Shown here piece after piece: positions 41,969 to 52,873 of a stretch of DNA of 64,000 bases; positions within the stretch are counted from its first letter, which is position 1; each line of letters opens with the position of its first letter. The notes beneath the pieces were generated by a model. That model searched no databases. It was not told the origin of the DNA and saw nothing but the letters and a program-made list of their open reading frames with translations. The position numbers and the translations under genes were made by a program. Source of the DNA: Epithemia pelagica. Taxonomy: Eukaryota > Protista > Bacillariophyta. The stretch covers positions 3,162,001 to 3,226,000 of the forward strand of contig OX337231.1 in assembly GCA_946965045.2 (NCBI GenBank), given 5' to 3'.

Positions 41969-44900
41969 ACGAAAGACAAAAACCCCCCGACACTGTCCAG
42001 TACCCGACTGCCCATGGACAGTGCCATCATCATCAACCAACCCCCATGCCTCCCTGAAGGAACACCTAATCACCGAGCACAGCGAAACTCACCCATCAGA
42101 CTACCTCACACCTCAATATTGCAACCAACACGGCTTTCATCCATGCCTCAAATGCGACACGCCCACCGCCATCTTCACTACGGAAGGGCATCTAAGACAA
42201 CACGTAACAAAAAAACATAGTAGGACGAAAACAAACCTCCAGTTAGTCCTACAGACCTACCGACATTCCCAACCAGAAACTGAGAGACAATGGAAAGATA
42301 GCTTAGCTTATCTGCACAAATTACAGCTTTCACCACCACCATTCCGCCGAAGTATCTGGCACAAACTAAAGCCTCCCATCAAAGCAGAATTTTACACAAC
42401 ATACAACACGGTTGTGTCTTGGATCCTTGAAGCAACCCCACCCCTGTCCCCCTCGGTCCTGAAGGATGACAGACCACCACAACACGACATCGACGCCAGT
42501 CCCTTTTGGAAACTGTTAATTCTATTAGAGTCCCTCCTGCTGGCACCAATCAAAGGAACAGTGCACCTCACCTATGCAAACGCCTTTCGAGCCCGACTCT
42601 CCTGGTTTAAGACCGGCAGACTCGAAGAACTCCACCACATCATCTGGAATCCAACACCACTCCCAAAACAGGGAACAAGCAACAAGAAGAAACAGAAACA
42701 ACGACATCGGCAACAACATCACCCCTCTCCGTCCGACCAACTGCCACAATGGCGTCTCCACTCGGCTCAACAATTAGCCGACCTTGGCAATTACCGAGCA
42801 GCAGTCAAACGACTCACAACAAACACACCACCGGCAACATTGACCGCTCCAAGAGTCGAACGTTGCCAGAACGAACTCTTTCCACAAAGACAACGACCAC
42901 CCCCGTCAACAAGATCACAAGGTCAACCAACAATGGGACCCCCAGCCGCACAGTATTTAAAACTGACAGACGAGTCCTTCGAAAGGGCACTGCGGCAGAT
43001 GACACCGGGGACGGCCTCTGGACCGTTCTCCACATGCATCGACACCATCGTGTCGATGGCTCTCCACAAGACAACAAAAGCGCCAGATGCAACAAGACCG
43101 TACTTCCGCAACATCAAATCTCTCATACAACTCGTAGTGACTGCCCAAGTACCGACAACAATCCAACCAATTCTCGCCAGCAATTACTTTCTTGCTTTGC
43201 ATAAAGACATGAACAATCTGGAACGGCTACGACCAATTGGGATTGGAACAGCCATCCGAAGAGTAGCAGCCAAGACAGCCCTGGTACACCTTACCGATGC
43301 CATTCAACCCCTCCTGCTCAAAGGAGGCCAGTACGGCATACAAGTACCCGGGGGAGTCGATTTTGTCGCCCAAACCACGGCCATGGCAGTGCGACAATAC
43401 ATCGACCGAAATCCAACAACGACAGACTCATCAACAACATCAACAACAACCGAAAACCGGACGACAACGACAAACCCATCCTCACCATCAACAACAACCG
43501 ACAGTCGGACGAGATCGCCGAGCCGAGCACTGGTCATGCTCGATCTAACAAATATGTTCAATAATGTGAGCAGAACTGAAGCAAGAAAAATCTTGTTAGA
43601 ACACGACGAAACAACACCACTGGTCCCCTTGTTTGACCTGTTAACACAACACACCTGCAAGCAATGGTACTTCGACGAAAACAAACAAGCAAAGTTTTTG
43701 CGGCAAGAAGAAGGGTTCCCCCAAGGCTGCCCTTTGAGCCCGCTATTCTCCTGTCTTGTCTTACTGGCCTTAACAAACAAGCTGAACAAAGAACAAGCCA
43801 AAAGAGCACAACAACGACAGCGCAACAACAACCCACACGACGACGAAATGGGCGGAGTAGGACACACCGCATCCATCATGGATGACACATCAGTGTGTTT
43901 GCCCCACTGCGACGTCCCATGGTTCCTAAAACGTTTCGAAGCACTCGGTCAGCCTTTGGGAATCATTTTGAACAAAAGCAAAACAACAATTCTTACCTCC
44001 ACCGACGGTACACCCCCCGACACGCTAGACCCAACCGACAAACAGCACCTCGAACAAGCGCTGTCGTTCCTTTCTCCCGCCGACCCGGCAAAAGCCGAGA
44101 TCACAAACGGGGTACGATTTCTCGGACAGCCTATAGGTTCGAGCAACTTCGCCCAGCAATACATCCAAAACAAAGTGAAAAAGATGCATCACAAACTGGA
44201 CTGTTTCTTGCAACTGCCAGACCTCCAGACCAAACACAACCTTTTCAAATTTACCATGGTATCGTCCCTGTTGCACCTGCTACCATCAGATGTCTACCTG
44301 GCGCACACAACAACAAATCCAAGAACAACGCTTTGGTCCAGCCCAACAACATTAGAGACAGAAAAAATCGTCGCACGCTTTCTATCAGAACTCACCTCGC
44401 TCCCCGAAACCGAGATCAGACCTTCGGCTTGCCTCATTGCGGCAATGCCACAACGACTTGGAGGCCTCGGCTACCAACAAGCGGCCACATCGGCGTACCC
44501 ACGATTGCTAACCCAAACGGCACGAGCAATCGCCTTAGCAACCTCGAGCGAAACACCAATCCCGCGTGTCCACCGAAGGGAACTTAACAATTGGCAAGAA
44601 AGCACCGATGAGTACATGACAATTTTCAGAAAAACACTTTCACTCTACGCCAAAGAATACGCAGAAGAACAATTGTACACACCAAAGAGGTATGACCATA
44701 CCACTCACAACAGACTACTCCATCACACAGTCCAAGAACATACCCTACCGCGCTTGGTAGCCGAAACCCCACCAGAACAACGAACCTTCCTCCCCGGTTT
44801 ATTGTCGCCTCTCACCAGTTTGGCCCTGTCCCTGCCTTTGACAGCAACACAGTTTCGCTATCCAAACAAAGTATTCCAAACGGCAATCAAAAGAAAATTG

Positions 44901-45902
44901 CGGCTCCCCTTGTTCGTGAACGATCCAACCCAGTCTTGGCCCCAGAAATGTCGCTGCTCCAAAACCAAGACAATTGACCCTCTAGGAGACCATTTGTTCT
45001 CCTGCACCTCCGCTTCGAAAACGGCCCTTTCGAATGCAATCCGAGACACCTTATTCGACGTACTCCGACAACTCGCACCTGCAGCTGGAACAGTCGAAAC
45101 CACCCACGACGTCCACGTTGAGCCACCTGGTTTGGCTCCGCAACACGAGCGAAACATACGGCCCGCCGATGTCGGGATGCTCCTCCGCAAGCCACACCGC
45201 AACGACCACTTTCAATATGTGGCGATAGACATCACCATTCCCCCACCTCAACAACCTTTGCCAATCCACGACCCGTCCGACCACAAAACAATAGCCACAA
45301 TGGCATCAAGGGCGCATCACGAGGCAGCAAGGGCTAAGTTTTGTCGGGATCCACACACAGCAACACACCTGCTCCACAACGGCGTTTATCTCTTACCATT
45401 CACTGTCGACCACCTTGGTTCCTTGGGATCTTTCGCCAATACCCTTCTTTTCCCATCAGAATATCACCACCCAACCTTATCAACAACCGAGCCTCCGCCA
45501 TGGGATAACCCCTTTTTCGGAAAGGACGAAAAAAGAAGTAAATCACATCCAGCGGCCTACGCACTCTTCCAACAACTTAAAGAAGCCCCAAACAACATGC
45601 TTACAAAGGCAAACAAAAACACAAAAAAGTTCAGCTATCCAGAGGCTAACATATACACAATCGGACACTATGCCAAAGCCTCACTGGGCCATGCAATCAT
45701 CTCGGCATTGGCCAACCACGCCAATAATAATATCACAGCGATAAAACATCACCAATCCCTTCGAAAAACTCGAATCACACAATTGCAAAATCTGGCAACA
45801 CCATGTTTTGCACCAGTCACTCCGATCTACTCCCCGGCTCCAATGGCACAGTTCATCACTGCCACGGACACAACCCCACTTCTTTGCGAACTCCCCGCTT
45901 AG
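41961..45902 (+). CDS. Retrotransposon ORF2: 2 C2H2 zinc fingers + reverse transcriptase + CCHC knuckle + restriction-like endonuclease
   Basis: CPVPDC...HLITEH and CLKC...HVTKKH; RPIGIG, QYGIQVPGG, LDLTNMFNNVSR, GFPQGCPLSP, IMDD, RFLGQPIG, GGLG; CRC...HLFSC; EP...RPADV...AIDITI...K...PFTVDHLG; ATG 41961 overlaps the ORF1 stop. Confidence 0.93.
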   Translation: MSERKTKTPRHCPVPDCPWTVPSSSTNPHASLKEHLITEHSETHPSDYLTPQYCNQHGFHPCLKCDTPTAIFTTEGHLRQHVTKKHSRTKTNLQLVLQTYRHSQPETERQWKDSLAYLHKLQLSPPPFRRSIWHKLKPPIKAEFYTTYNTVVSWILEATPPLSPSVLKDDRPPQHDIDASPFWKLLILLESLLLAPIKGTVHLTYANAFRARLSWFKTGRLEELHHIIWNPTPLPKQGTSNKKKQKQRHRQQHHPSPSDQLPQWRLHSAQQLADLGNYRAAVKRLTTNTPPATLTAPRVERCQNELFPQRQRPPPSTRSQGQPTMGPPAAQYLKLTDESFERALRQMTPGTASGPFSTCIDTIVSMALHKTTKAPDATRPYFRNIKSLIQLVVTAQVPTTIQPILASNYFLALHKDMNNLERLRPIGIGTAIRRVAAKTALVHLTDAIQPLLLKGGQYGIQVPGGVDFVAQTTAMAVRQYIDRNPTTTDSSTTSTTTENRTTTTNPSSPSTTTDSRTRSPSRALVMLDLTNMFNNVSRTEARKILLEHDETTPLVPLFDLLTQHTCKQWYFDENKQAKFLRQEEGFPQGCPLSPLFSCLVLLALTNKLNKEQAKRAQQRQRNNNPHDDEMGGVGHTASIMDDTSVCLPHCDVPWFLKRFEALGQPLGIILNKSKTTILTSTDGTPPDTLDPTDKQHLEQALSFLSPADPAKAEITNGVRFLGQPIGSSNFAQQYIQNKVKKMHHKLDCFLQLPDLQTKHNLFKFTMVSSLLHLLPSDVYLAHTTTNPRTTLWSSPTTLETEKIVARFLSELTSLPETEIRPSACLIAAMPQRLGGLGYQQAATSAYPRLLTQTARAIALATSSETPIPRVHRRELNNWQESTDEYMTIFRKTLSLYAKEYAEEQLYTPKRYDHTTHNRLLHHTVQEHTLPRLVAETPPEQRTFLPGLLSPLTSLALSLPLTATQFRYPNKVFQTAIKRKLRLPLFVNDPTQSWPQKCRCSKTKTIDPLGDHLFSCTSASKTALSNAIRDTLFDVLRQLAPAAGTVETTHDVHVEPPGLAPQHERNIRPADVGMLLRKPHRNDHFQYVAIDITIPPPQQPLPIHDPSDHKTIATMASRAHHEAARAKFCRDPHTATHLLHNGVYLLPFTVDHLGSLGSFANTLLFPSEYHHPTLSTTEPPPWDNPFFGKDEKRSKSHPAAYALFQQLKEAPNNMLTKANKNTKKFSYPEANIYTIGHYAKASLGHAIISALANHANNNITAIKHHQSLRKTRITQLQNLATPCFAPVTPIYSPAPMAQFITATDTTPLLCELPA

Positions 45903-46022
45903 GAGTCCCACTTTACCATAGACAGTAACGTACTAAAATTAAAAACAGATTCGCTTGAGAAAAAAAGAGAACTGACACTCCATGGGATTGATGTGCCATA
46001 AAAGACGTGTTTGTGAGCCTCA

Positions 46023-47414
46023 ATGATGATGATTCTGCTTGTCTCCTTCATCTTAGTGGGAACCACTGCTTCCTTCAACGTTGACGGATCCCCATTAAGA
46101 AGCCGTATTCGCGATATACGCTTTCCCCTCATTGACCTTAGCGAGAACGAAAGATTCGCATACAAGAAATACAGAAGAGCTTCGACACACATGAGTCAAC
46201 GCAGCGGTCTAGCCATGTTGAGCAATGATGATGGAGATGACGAAGATCATATGGAATCGCTGCGTCCTTTTCTCCATCACAACAAAGATGACCATGAGAG
46301 AGGAACCAAAGTCGGCCAAGAGGCACAAGATCATAATCACGAAGTGAGCTCAAAAATTGGTTCAGAACAAAACACCTTCCCTGCAAAAACATCAACGTCA
46401 GAGTATTCAGCGTTTGCAGACCAAAGAATAAATGGAGCTTCTCCCTCGAGGATACCAACGGTTTGGGATAATATTGGTAAGCTGACGAAGCTTACCAGAC
46501 CCGAAAACTTCCCTGAAATATGTTTGTTTCACATGTTGGGTGTATATCTCGCTTTGGACCATGTCGGTCAATCATCAAAGTATTGGGCTGTTTTGATGGC
46601 TGATCCTTCAACGTGGCTTGTCTTGTCTTCGTTGATACTGACGTCGAGCACAAGCATGGTCGTCAATGATTACTACGACACCAAACTTGGTCGTGATGTT
46701 GACACAACGAAACCCTTGGTGAACGGTTCCATACCTATGCATCTCGTACCACGCTATCTCTCTTACTTGTACGGGGCTGCCCTTATTAGTGTGGCGTTTT
46801 TACCTGGAGTTCCCGCAAGACTGTCAGTAGTTCTTGCACTGATATTGACCTACTTGTACACCAAACATCTGAAACCTATTACTTGGGTTAAGAATGTTGT
46901 TTGTGCAGCCCTGATTGCGTTTTCTCCCTTCACCTCAGGCTCTGCAGCATTGTTTCGAACGGTGAGTCAGGGAGATCACCAGTTGGCACTCTCAGAGGTC
47001 CTGGGCGTTTCGTCTCTTTGGAGGCTAGTTTCAGTTTTATTTGTTGGGTTTGTCGGTCGGGAGATGACGATGGATTGCAATGACGTGGAAACTGATCGAT
47101 CCGTGGGAGTATGAACAGTACCAGCTAGATATGGAAGAAAGTTTGCAAGCCGTATCTGTTTGCTTTTCAGCATCGTTGTGACCATGCTTACTGTTTCCTT
47201 CCCTGGGTTTGATCTTTTGAATCGCACACTGCGGCATCAAGCAACGGATTGTCGACTGTTCATCCGCTTCGGTCTTGCTGTGATTGGAAGTTCACTTCTT
47301 CTCCGTCGAAGCTGGCAAGTAAATCGGACAAAAGGGCAAAACAAAAAATTAGTTCAACTAGATGTGGATGAGGGTCTGGTTTCGGTCCTATTTGTGTTGG
47401 GCAGCTTTGTGTGA
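46023..47414 (+). pseudogene. UbiA-family prenyltransferase (DGGGP-synthase-like) with one in-frame TGA at 47112-47114
   Basis: Signal peptide, LTRPEN, VVNDYYD, DxxxDRxxGVxTVP motif interrupted by TGA; frame continues for 99 more codons into ORF 47160..47414 with TM helices. Confidence 0.8.
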
Positions 47415-47643
47415 AGATTGAGGATATCCGATACATGTCATCTCAGTTCGCTCACGACAATGTCATGTGCAAAAGCTGGAGAGAGACGGTCGAGACCACG
47501 ATATGGTCAAAGTTTGTCTAGAACATTCACTGAGAATGGCCCAGCACACGGGATAGTAAAAACAAACAAACAAAAACTTATGCTTCCCAGAGCAACCCAT
47601 TCTAAGTAATGTGCTTAGTTTTTGAACATTGAGTTGTTTTTTG

Positions 47644-49083
47644 CTACAGAACGCAGATTGTGTCCAGCGGATACCCCCTATCCTCCAAGTAGAAGGCTGC
47701 CTTGTCAACTATTTCTGAGGGTCCCCCCAACACAGCCATTGTTCCCTGTCGAAAATCAGGTATGGCAACATTTATATCATCGTTGGATGCGAAATCGATA
47801 CCATCAACATTACCAACAACGATGCATGAGACAGCAAGTTTGTCACTGTATTTGAAGTATTCTTTCTCCAACAAGTCAGCCAAGACGTCAAAGTCTTGGG
47901 TTTTCGCATTTATCCATACAACAGTGACGCTGCTGACACTGCTCGCACCACTTGGTAATACAGCGCGGACTTGATCCATGACTGGTACGATGCCCGTACC
48001 ATAGGCGACATATACCATGTCCGTTACGGGCAAATATTGACCTTTATAAGAGAGACGATGGTCACCTGGAGTCAAGGCAACTTCATCGCCAATCTTCAGT
48101 TCATGCTTAATAACACGGACAAAGTTGGCGTTGTCCAGTCCAATACGGAACAAGAGCTCCGAATCAACGTTTGGCACAAGAATACTGAAAGACCCAGGTT
48201 TTGGATTCGAGCTAGGGTAAAATGGAAAGAAATTTCCTCGGGCCACATTTCCCTCGTTGTCCAGACAACAGAGTGCAATTTGCTGTCCTAGATCCAATGG
48301 TATGGTGAATTCTGATTTGGGTAGATCAAAATCAAATTGCATAAACTGAGTCTTCCCCAAACGTTTTCGTGACCTCAATGTACACACACTCCATCCTTCG
48401 TTTGCTTCTTCAAACGGCATGGGCTCTCCTTTGGACTCGACTCGCCATCGTTCTGTCAGTCGTTCCCATCTTCCTCGGGCCAATTTGGTGAGCTTGGAAC
48501 AAAAGTCCGAGAACGATGTCGTTGATCCTACAACAGTACGAAGCGCCAAGGAGACAACCAGGGCAAAGCAGAAGGTAATAATGGCGGCCTTGGCCACTTT
48601 GGACTGCGAAACAGCAGACACGAATTTTTCAATGGCTTCTTGAAGAGAAGCTCTTCGTGCTGCCGACGAAGCAGTCGTGAACAAGCCATCCGAGAACAAA
48701 GGCTGATCCAGAGAAACGGATATTCCGTTGGCTGCAGCTGCCTGAAGAGGCTCCCTTACAGAGGCAGCAGCGCTGGCAGCAGCAGATACTCCTGTCACTG
48801 TAGCGGTCTCAAACGGCGAACTCATCCATTGTTGGCTCCCAATACAGCTCTTTCCTTTATTGTTGAATGATGAACTGGGGGAACCACGAGGCCCAGTCGT
48901 TGAGCTGCGCTGTCTCGCTGTTCCAACGACATTGGGACCGTACTGCCAACCTCTAGATTGTGAATGTTGAGTTGGAAAAGAAGGACAATGGAAACCTGAC
49001 ACAGATGCCGCCGCAAGAGACAGCAAGAAGACTCGTCGACCCACTGCCACACTTTCTCCCCTTCTTCGCTTGAATCCTCGCAT
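47644..49083 (-). CDS. Ferredoxin-NADP-reductase / cytochrome b5 reductase-like flavoprotein, probably plastid-targeted
   Basis: Signal ending VSG-F; FDFDLP...LGQQI, GDEVAL, VAYGTGIVP (AGGTGITP-like), VTVVWINA, VLGGP. Confidence 0.7.
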   Translation of the reverse strand: MRGFKRRRGESVAVGRRVFLLSLAAASVSGFHCPSFPTQHSQSRGWQYGPNVVGTARQRSSTTGPRGSPSSSFNNKGKSCIGSQQWMSSPFETATVTGVSAAASAAASVREPLQAAAANGISVSLDQPLFSDGLFTTASSAARRASLQEAIEKFVSAVSQSKVAKAAIITFCFALVVSLALRTVVGSTTSFSDFCSKLTKLARGRWERLTERWRVESKGEPMPFEEANEGWSVCTLRSRKRLGKTQFMQFDFDLPKSEFTIPLDLGQQIALCCLDNEGNVARGNFFPFYPSSNPKPGSFSILVPNVDSELLFRIGLDNANFVRVIKHELKIGDEVALTPGDHRLSYKGQYLPVTDMVYVAYGTGIVPVMDQVRAVLPSGASSVSSVTVVWINAKTQDFDVLADLLEKEYFKYSDKLAVSCIVVGNVDGIDFASNDDINVAIPDFRQGTMAVLGGPSEIVDKAAFYLEDRGYPLDTICVL

Positions 49084-49463
49084 ATCTGATGAACTTGATG
49101 ATGGCCTTGGCGCACAACAGGATGCTCTCTATTGCGAAGCTTCAGTGACTTTCAAAATGGAGATGAAAGAGGATAACAAGAAGGGCGAGCTCTGTCCGTT
49201 GAAGTGGAATAGTTGTGATAGATACATAGACGTGGGGCGAGAGTTGGAGGAAGGGTGACGTACTATTTTGAAAAGAAGCTCAAGCGCTTCCATACAAGAG
49301 AGGTGCTCGGTCCGCTCTAATTATCTCTCTTTTGATTTCATGTCGCGCTCGAGTGTAGAAACGGAACAGCTCGTGTTGGGGTGCGCGTTCCCTCCTCTAT
49401 GCCTGTCCCCAATCATGTGACCTCCTAATGGCAGCGGCGACCAACCTCCCCTTTCCATGAAGG

Positions 49464-50504
49464 ATGCCCTCTCGAAAACGAGCCAACTGGCGTCATCCGG
49501 TCGTTTACGATGAGGATGGTGCTACAGGACGCAGAACGACTCGAGCTGCAACTGGTCTGAAAAGATCAAGTGTTGATGGATCAAGATCACAGCACCCCTC
49601 GGCTTCCGGTTCATCGTCCCATGCCGCGTCCGGTGGAGGAGCCAATTATTATGTTCGCCGAGAACGAGATGGAACAATCATCAATATATCGACCTCTCGA
49701 AAACGAGCGAAGCGATGGATTGAAGTCCATCGGCCGCCAGGACCAGGCATTCGATTCACAGTCCCCATGTGGGTTTCGGTGGATGATTTGACGTCCCGAG
49801 AAAGGGAGCAGTATCTTCCACCGAGCACTTTGGTAGACAACATGGACGATCAACAGGAAATGGACGAAAGTGAAAGTGAAGGAGAATCGGATAATGAGAT
49901 TCAGAGTCCAGAGAAAAAGAGACGGAAGCTTAGTGAGACAGAATCGCATACAGAATCCCAGCCGTCTCTCCTCCCGCGACCCGCGGATGTGTCTGCAGAA
50001 AAAATGACCACTGCACCGCCAACATCGGAGTCAGGAGGGAGTGTACATGTATCTGACTTGTCATTACCTATTGCTGATGAAAATACCGCTCAACACCACA
50101 ACTTAGCAGAGGTGGAACATGCGACAACTAGTAACACAGTCATGACGGATGACAAGCCCGGCAATTCGACCAATGAGGTAACCAACGTTGGTCCCTTGTC
50201 TGAACCGTCTACACCACCACCTGTAGCTGTGGAAACTCAAGAGGCTTCGGCCATAGATCACAGCCAGTCACAAACCATTATACAGCAGCAATCATCAGAA
50301 CCAGTCTTGCTCTCCAATGCCCAACCCTCCGTTGAAGACGTGGTTGTGATGGAACACGAGCCAGAAGCGTCAAAGGTCCCCCCTACCACGGATGATTCTC
50401 TGCAATATGGAATAGCAACAAGCGCTCAAGATTCCTTGAAGGATAGGGAGGACACAGCTACGAAAACCAGCGATCCAGATGCTGATATATCACAAACTAC
50501 ATAG
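49464..50504 (+). CDS. Hypothetical protein (basic N-terminus, acidic disordered C-terminus)
   Basis: 346-aa ORF with ATG and plausible composition; NLS-like KKRRK; no recognisable family. Confidence 0.6.
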   Translation: MPSRKRANWRHPVVYDEDGATGRRTTRAATGLKRSSVDGSRSQHPSASGSSSHAASGGGANYYVRRERDGTIINISTSRKRAKRWIEVHRPPGPGIRFTVPMWVSVDDLTSREREQYLPPSTLVDNMDDQQEMDESESEGESDNEIQSPEKKRRKLSETESHTESQPSLLPRPADVSAEKMTTAPPTSESGGSVHVSDLSLPIADENTAQHHNLAEVEHATTSNTVMTDDKPGNSTNEVTNVGPLSEPSTPPPVAVETQEASAIDHSQSQTIIQQQSSEPVLLSNAQPSVEDVVVMEHEPEASKVPPTTDDSLQYGIATSAQDSLKDREDTATKTSDPDADISQTT

Positions 50505-50815
50505 GATATGTCACATTTGATTTCTTTGTTTGTGGTTTGTTCTTTGTTCCCCTTCTTCCCGATAATTTCTGCCACCCGTTTGGTGGCGGATTTCCATCCC
50601 CACGACCCGTATAGTCTATGGCGGTATTCCATTTTCATTGTCAATATCAAGTGATTGATAAAGGAGTAAAGAGTTCCCCAAATATAGCGTTTCATTAATT
50701 GTTACAATGTCGATGTGACCTCTTTATACAAGTTTGATATGACAGAGTATGGGGAAACGCATTAAAAATGCATGAGGAACTTGGGCGCGTTTCTTGAACA
50801 TAGTCGCTTCGAGCC

Positions 50816-51304
50816 CTACAAGTCGTCCAACATGTGTTGTGGCTCTGTATCCCCATTTCTCCATTCAGCTTTGGCATTTAATGTGCAATCATCAAGTTCC
50901 GGAAACTCCGGAAAATCCCCCATTGATTCATCATCACTGATAGAGAATGTGTCGTTGTCCAGTATTATCGAAGGTGGCATGGACAAGGTCCCATGTTCAT
51001 ACCCTGAATGTTCTTCTTCTGGTGGTTCGAGCGATACGACCATGGCTCCTTCTGAAGTCTGTCTTGGACTCAGGCACAACTCCATCTCCCCATGGTTAGA
51101 TAGGCCACTTTGTGACTCTTCGTCCGAAAGAGTAGGGATGAAAAGGTCAGTCGTCGAATCAAAGACTGGATGGAACTTGTTGGCGTCAAGTGTTGGTGAG
51201 CCTGCAGTCCGAGGTGGTGGAGCCGTTCCGTTCGTGTGATAAGGCGAAGGAGACCACGTGAAGGAAAAACTTTCTTCGTCTCTGCAGTTGTTGTTCGAGC
51301 TCAT
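50816..51304 (-). CDS. Hypothetical acidic disordered protein
   Basis: 162-aa ORF with ATG; S/D/E-rich; no recognisable family. Confidence 0.5.
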   Translation of the reverse strand: MSSNNNCRDEESFSFTWSPSPYHTNGTAPPPRTAGSPTLDANKFHPVFDSTTDLFIPTLSDEESQSGLSNHGEMELCLSPRQTSEGAMVVSLEPPEEEHSGYEHGTLSMPPSIILDNDTFSISDDESMGDFPEFPELDDCTLNAKAEWRNGDTEPQHMLDDL

Positions 51305-52873
51305 TCTTGAAATTTACAGTCTTTGTTCGATGAAAAGCACCCAGCGATTTGTCGATAGTGATAATGGACAGAAACTGAAAATGTGATCGAATTAATTTGT
51401 GACGGGAAGAGGTCCCTTGGAAGTTTTGTGCCTCTGCGATTTCAACGGCGGGCTTGACAACGCATGCCCGCCAAGACCACTCCAAAACCGTTGTAATGAC
51501 TGGAACACATAGGGAAATACGATCACGCCGGCCGTTCCTTAAAAATATTTGGAGCTCAACGCCCGTGAATGTATTGTTTGGAGAGTCTTGGAAGCTAAAA
51601 CTCCAACCAACGGCAATAGCAATACCATGCAGCGACAAAAGATAGGGCTGATTTTTCTATCGGGTCAGTGCGAAGCCAACACTGTCCCGTCAAAGGATGA
51701 AGTCCTACACCGGACATGGATACATATGGTGGTACTTCCGTTGACAGACGCATAAATACGAAACAGTGACCGTAGTCGCACGGTCACACACCTGATAGTG
51801 CCCAAAAAACAGAACAGACACATGTCAACCGTTCAGCACCGGTTTGCCAAAAACATCTTTGCGGTCTTTCATGCTCCGACGAAAGCAGCTCGGGGGACAC
51901 TGTCACATGACTCTCCGATTCGGTCAATTGCCTTGTTCCCTCGACCGCGAGCAAATTCACTCAACTAGGAACAAACCGGCGTGTCTACCGGATCGATTCC
52001 GCCATATCGGCATCCACGAGACAGTTGAAACTATAACTCAATAGGTGAACAGAAGACGCGCTATTAATTTTTCAACCAACACGCTTTGTCGTGGGAGTAT
52101 CGCGAAAAAGAGGTTAATGGTGAAAAATGTGCTGGAACAGGCTACATCTGTGACCAGTCTGCCGTCTCCGAGTGAGTTTCCAAGATTGGAGCGAGCTCTT
52201 GGAGGCACGGATCTAAACATGTAGCGTTCCTCTGGACCACCGACATTATTGGGAAAGCAGTCTTGCGGCCCCTCTTGTGTTCTTGATGCGGTGTTTCGAT
52301 CCTTTTGGACATCGCATCGAGTGCTAGGTAGCTTTTCTTCATTACGAGCGCGCCTTTTTTGCCTCTTGGTGCAGATCTTTGATTTAGAGGGAACCAAGCG
52401 AAGTTTTTGTTTATTTGAAGGGACTCTCTACCTGACCATCATCGTCGAAGATGACGGTGCTCATGTTCAGAACATCAAGAGTGCGTCGGATGTTCAGCTT
52501 CAAAGCGTTCTGATTTCTGATCGAGGCAAAATGACAAAGTTGTACTCCCAGGAGTAGCCAGAAAGATACGTCCACAAAGCAAAGTAAGAGGACTTAATCG
52601 AGTATAGCTGACAGGATTGACCGAAAAGTTGTAAGATGGATCTGTTACCCATGCCCTGAAAATCAAAAAATAGGTGAACATTGAGCTTCGTCATCTCGCA
52701 GCCTTCGTTTGTACATTGGGAATTGGGACCGAAGTATCGCGGCCATATTTTTTCTTGGGTAACACGGTTTCAATCCAGATGGAACAAGTACTTGTCCAAT
52801 ATTACTGCCTCCACACATTTAAGTCTTCTCTGAAAGTTGATTGAGATCCCTAATGAGATCGTTTAATGGTTCT

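Larger units (their letters stand above)
38716..45946 (+). mobile_element. Full-length two-ORF non-LTR retrotransposon, restriction-like endonuclease type (CRE-like), 7231 bp
   Basis: 9-bp direct repeat AGATTCGCT at 38707-38715 and 45947-45955; A16 at 5' junction; short TAAAATTAAAAAC 3' end; two uninterrupted ORFs; strongly A/C-rich sense strand unlike flanking genes. Confidence 0.92.

Noticed and set aside
47112-47114. Selenocysteine recoding of the UbiA TGA
   Set aside because: The position aligns with a conserved Arg/Lys rather than Cys, and no SECIS-like element was recognised downstream.
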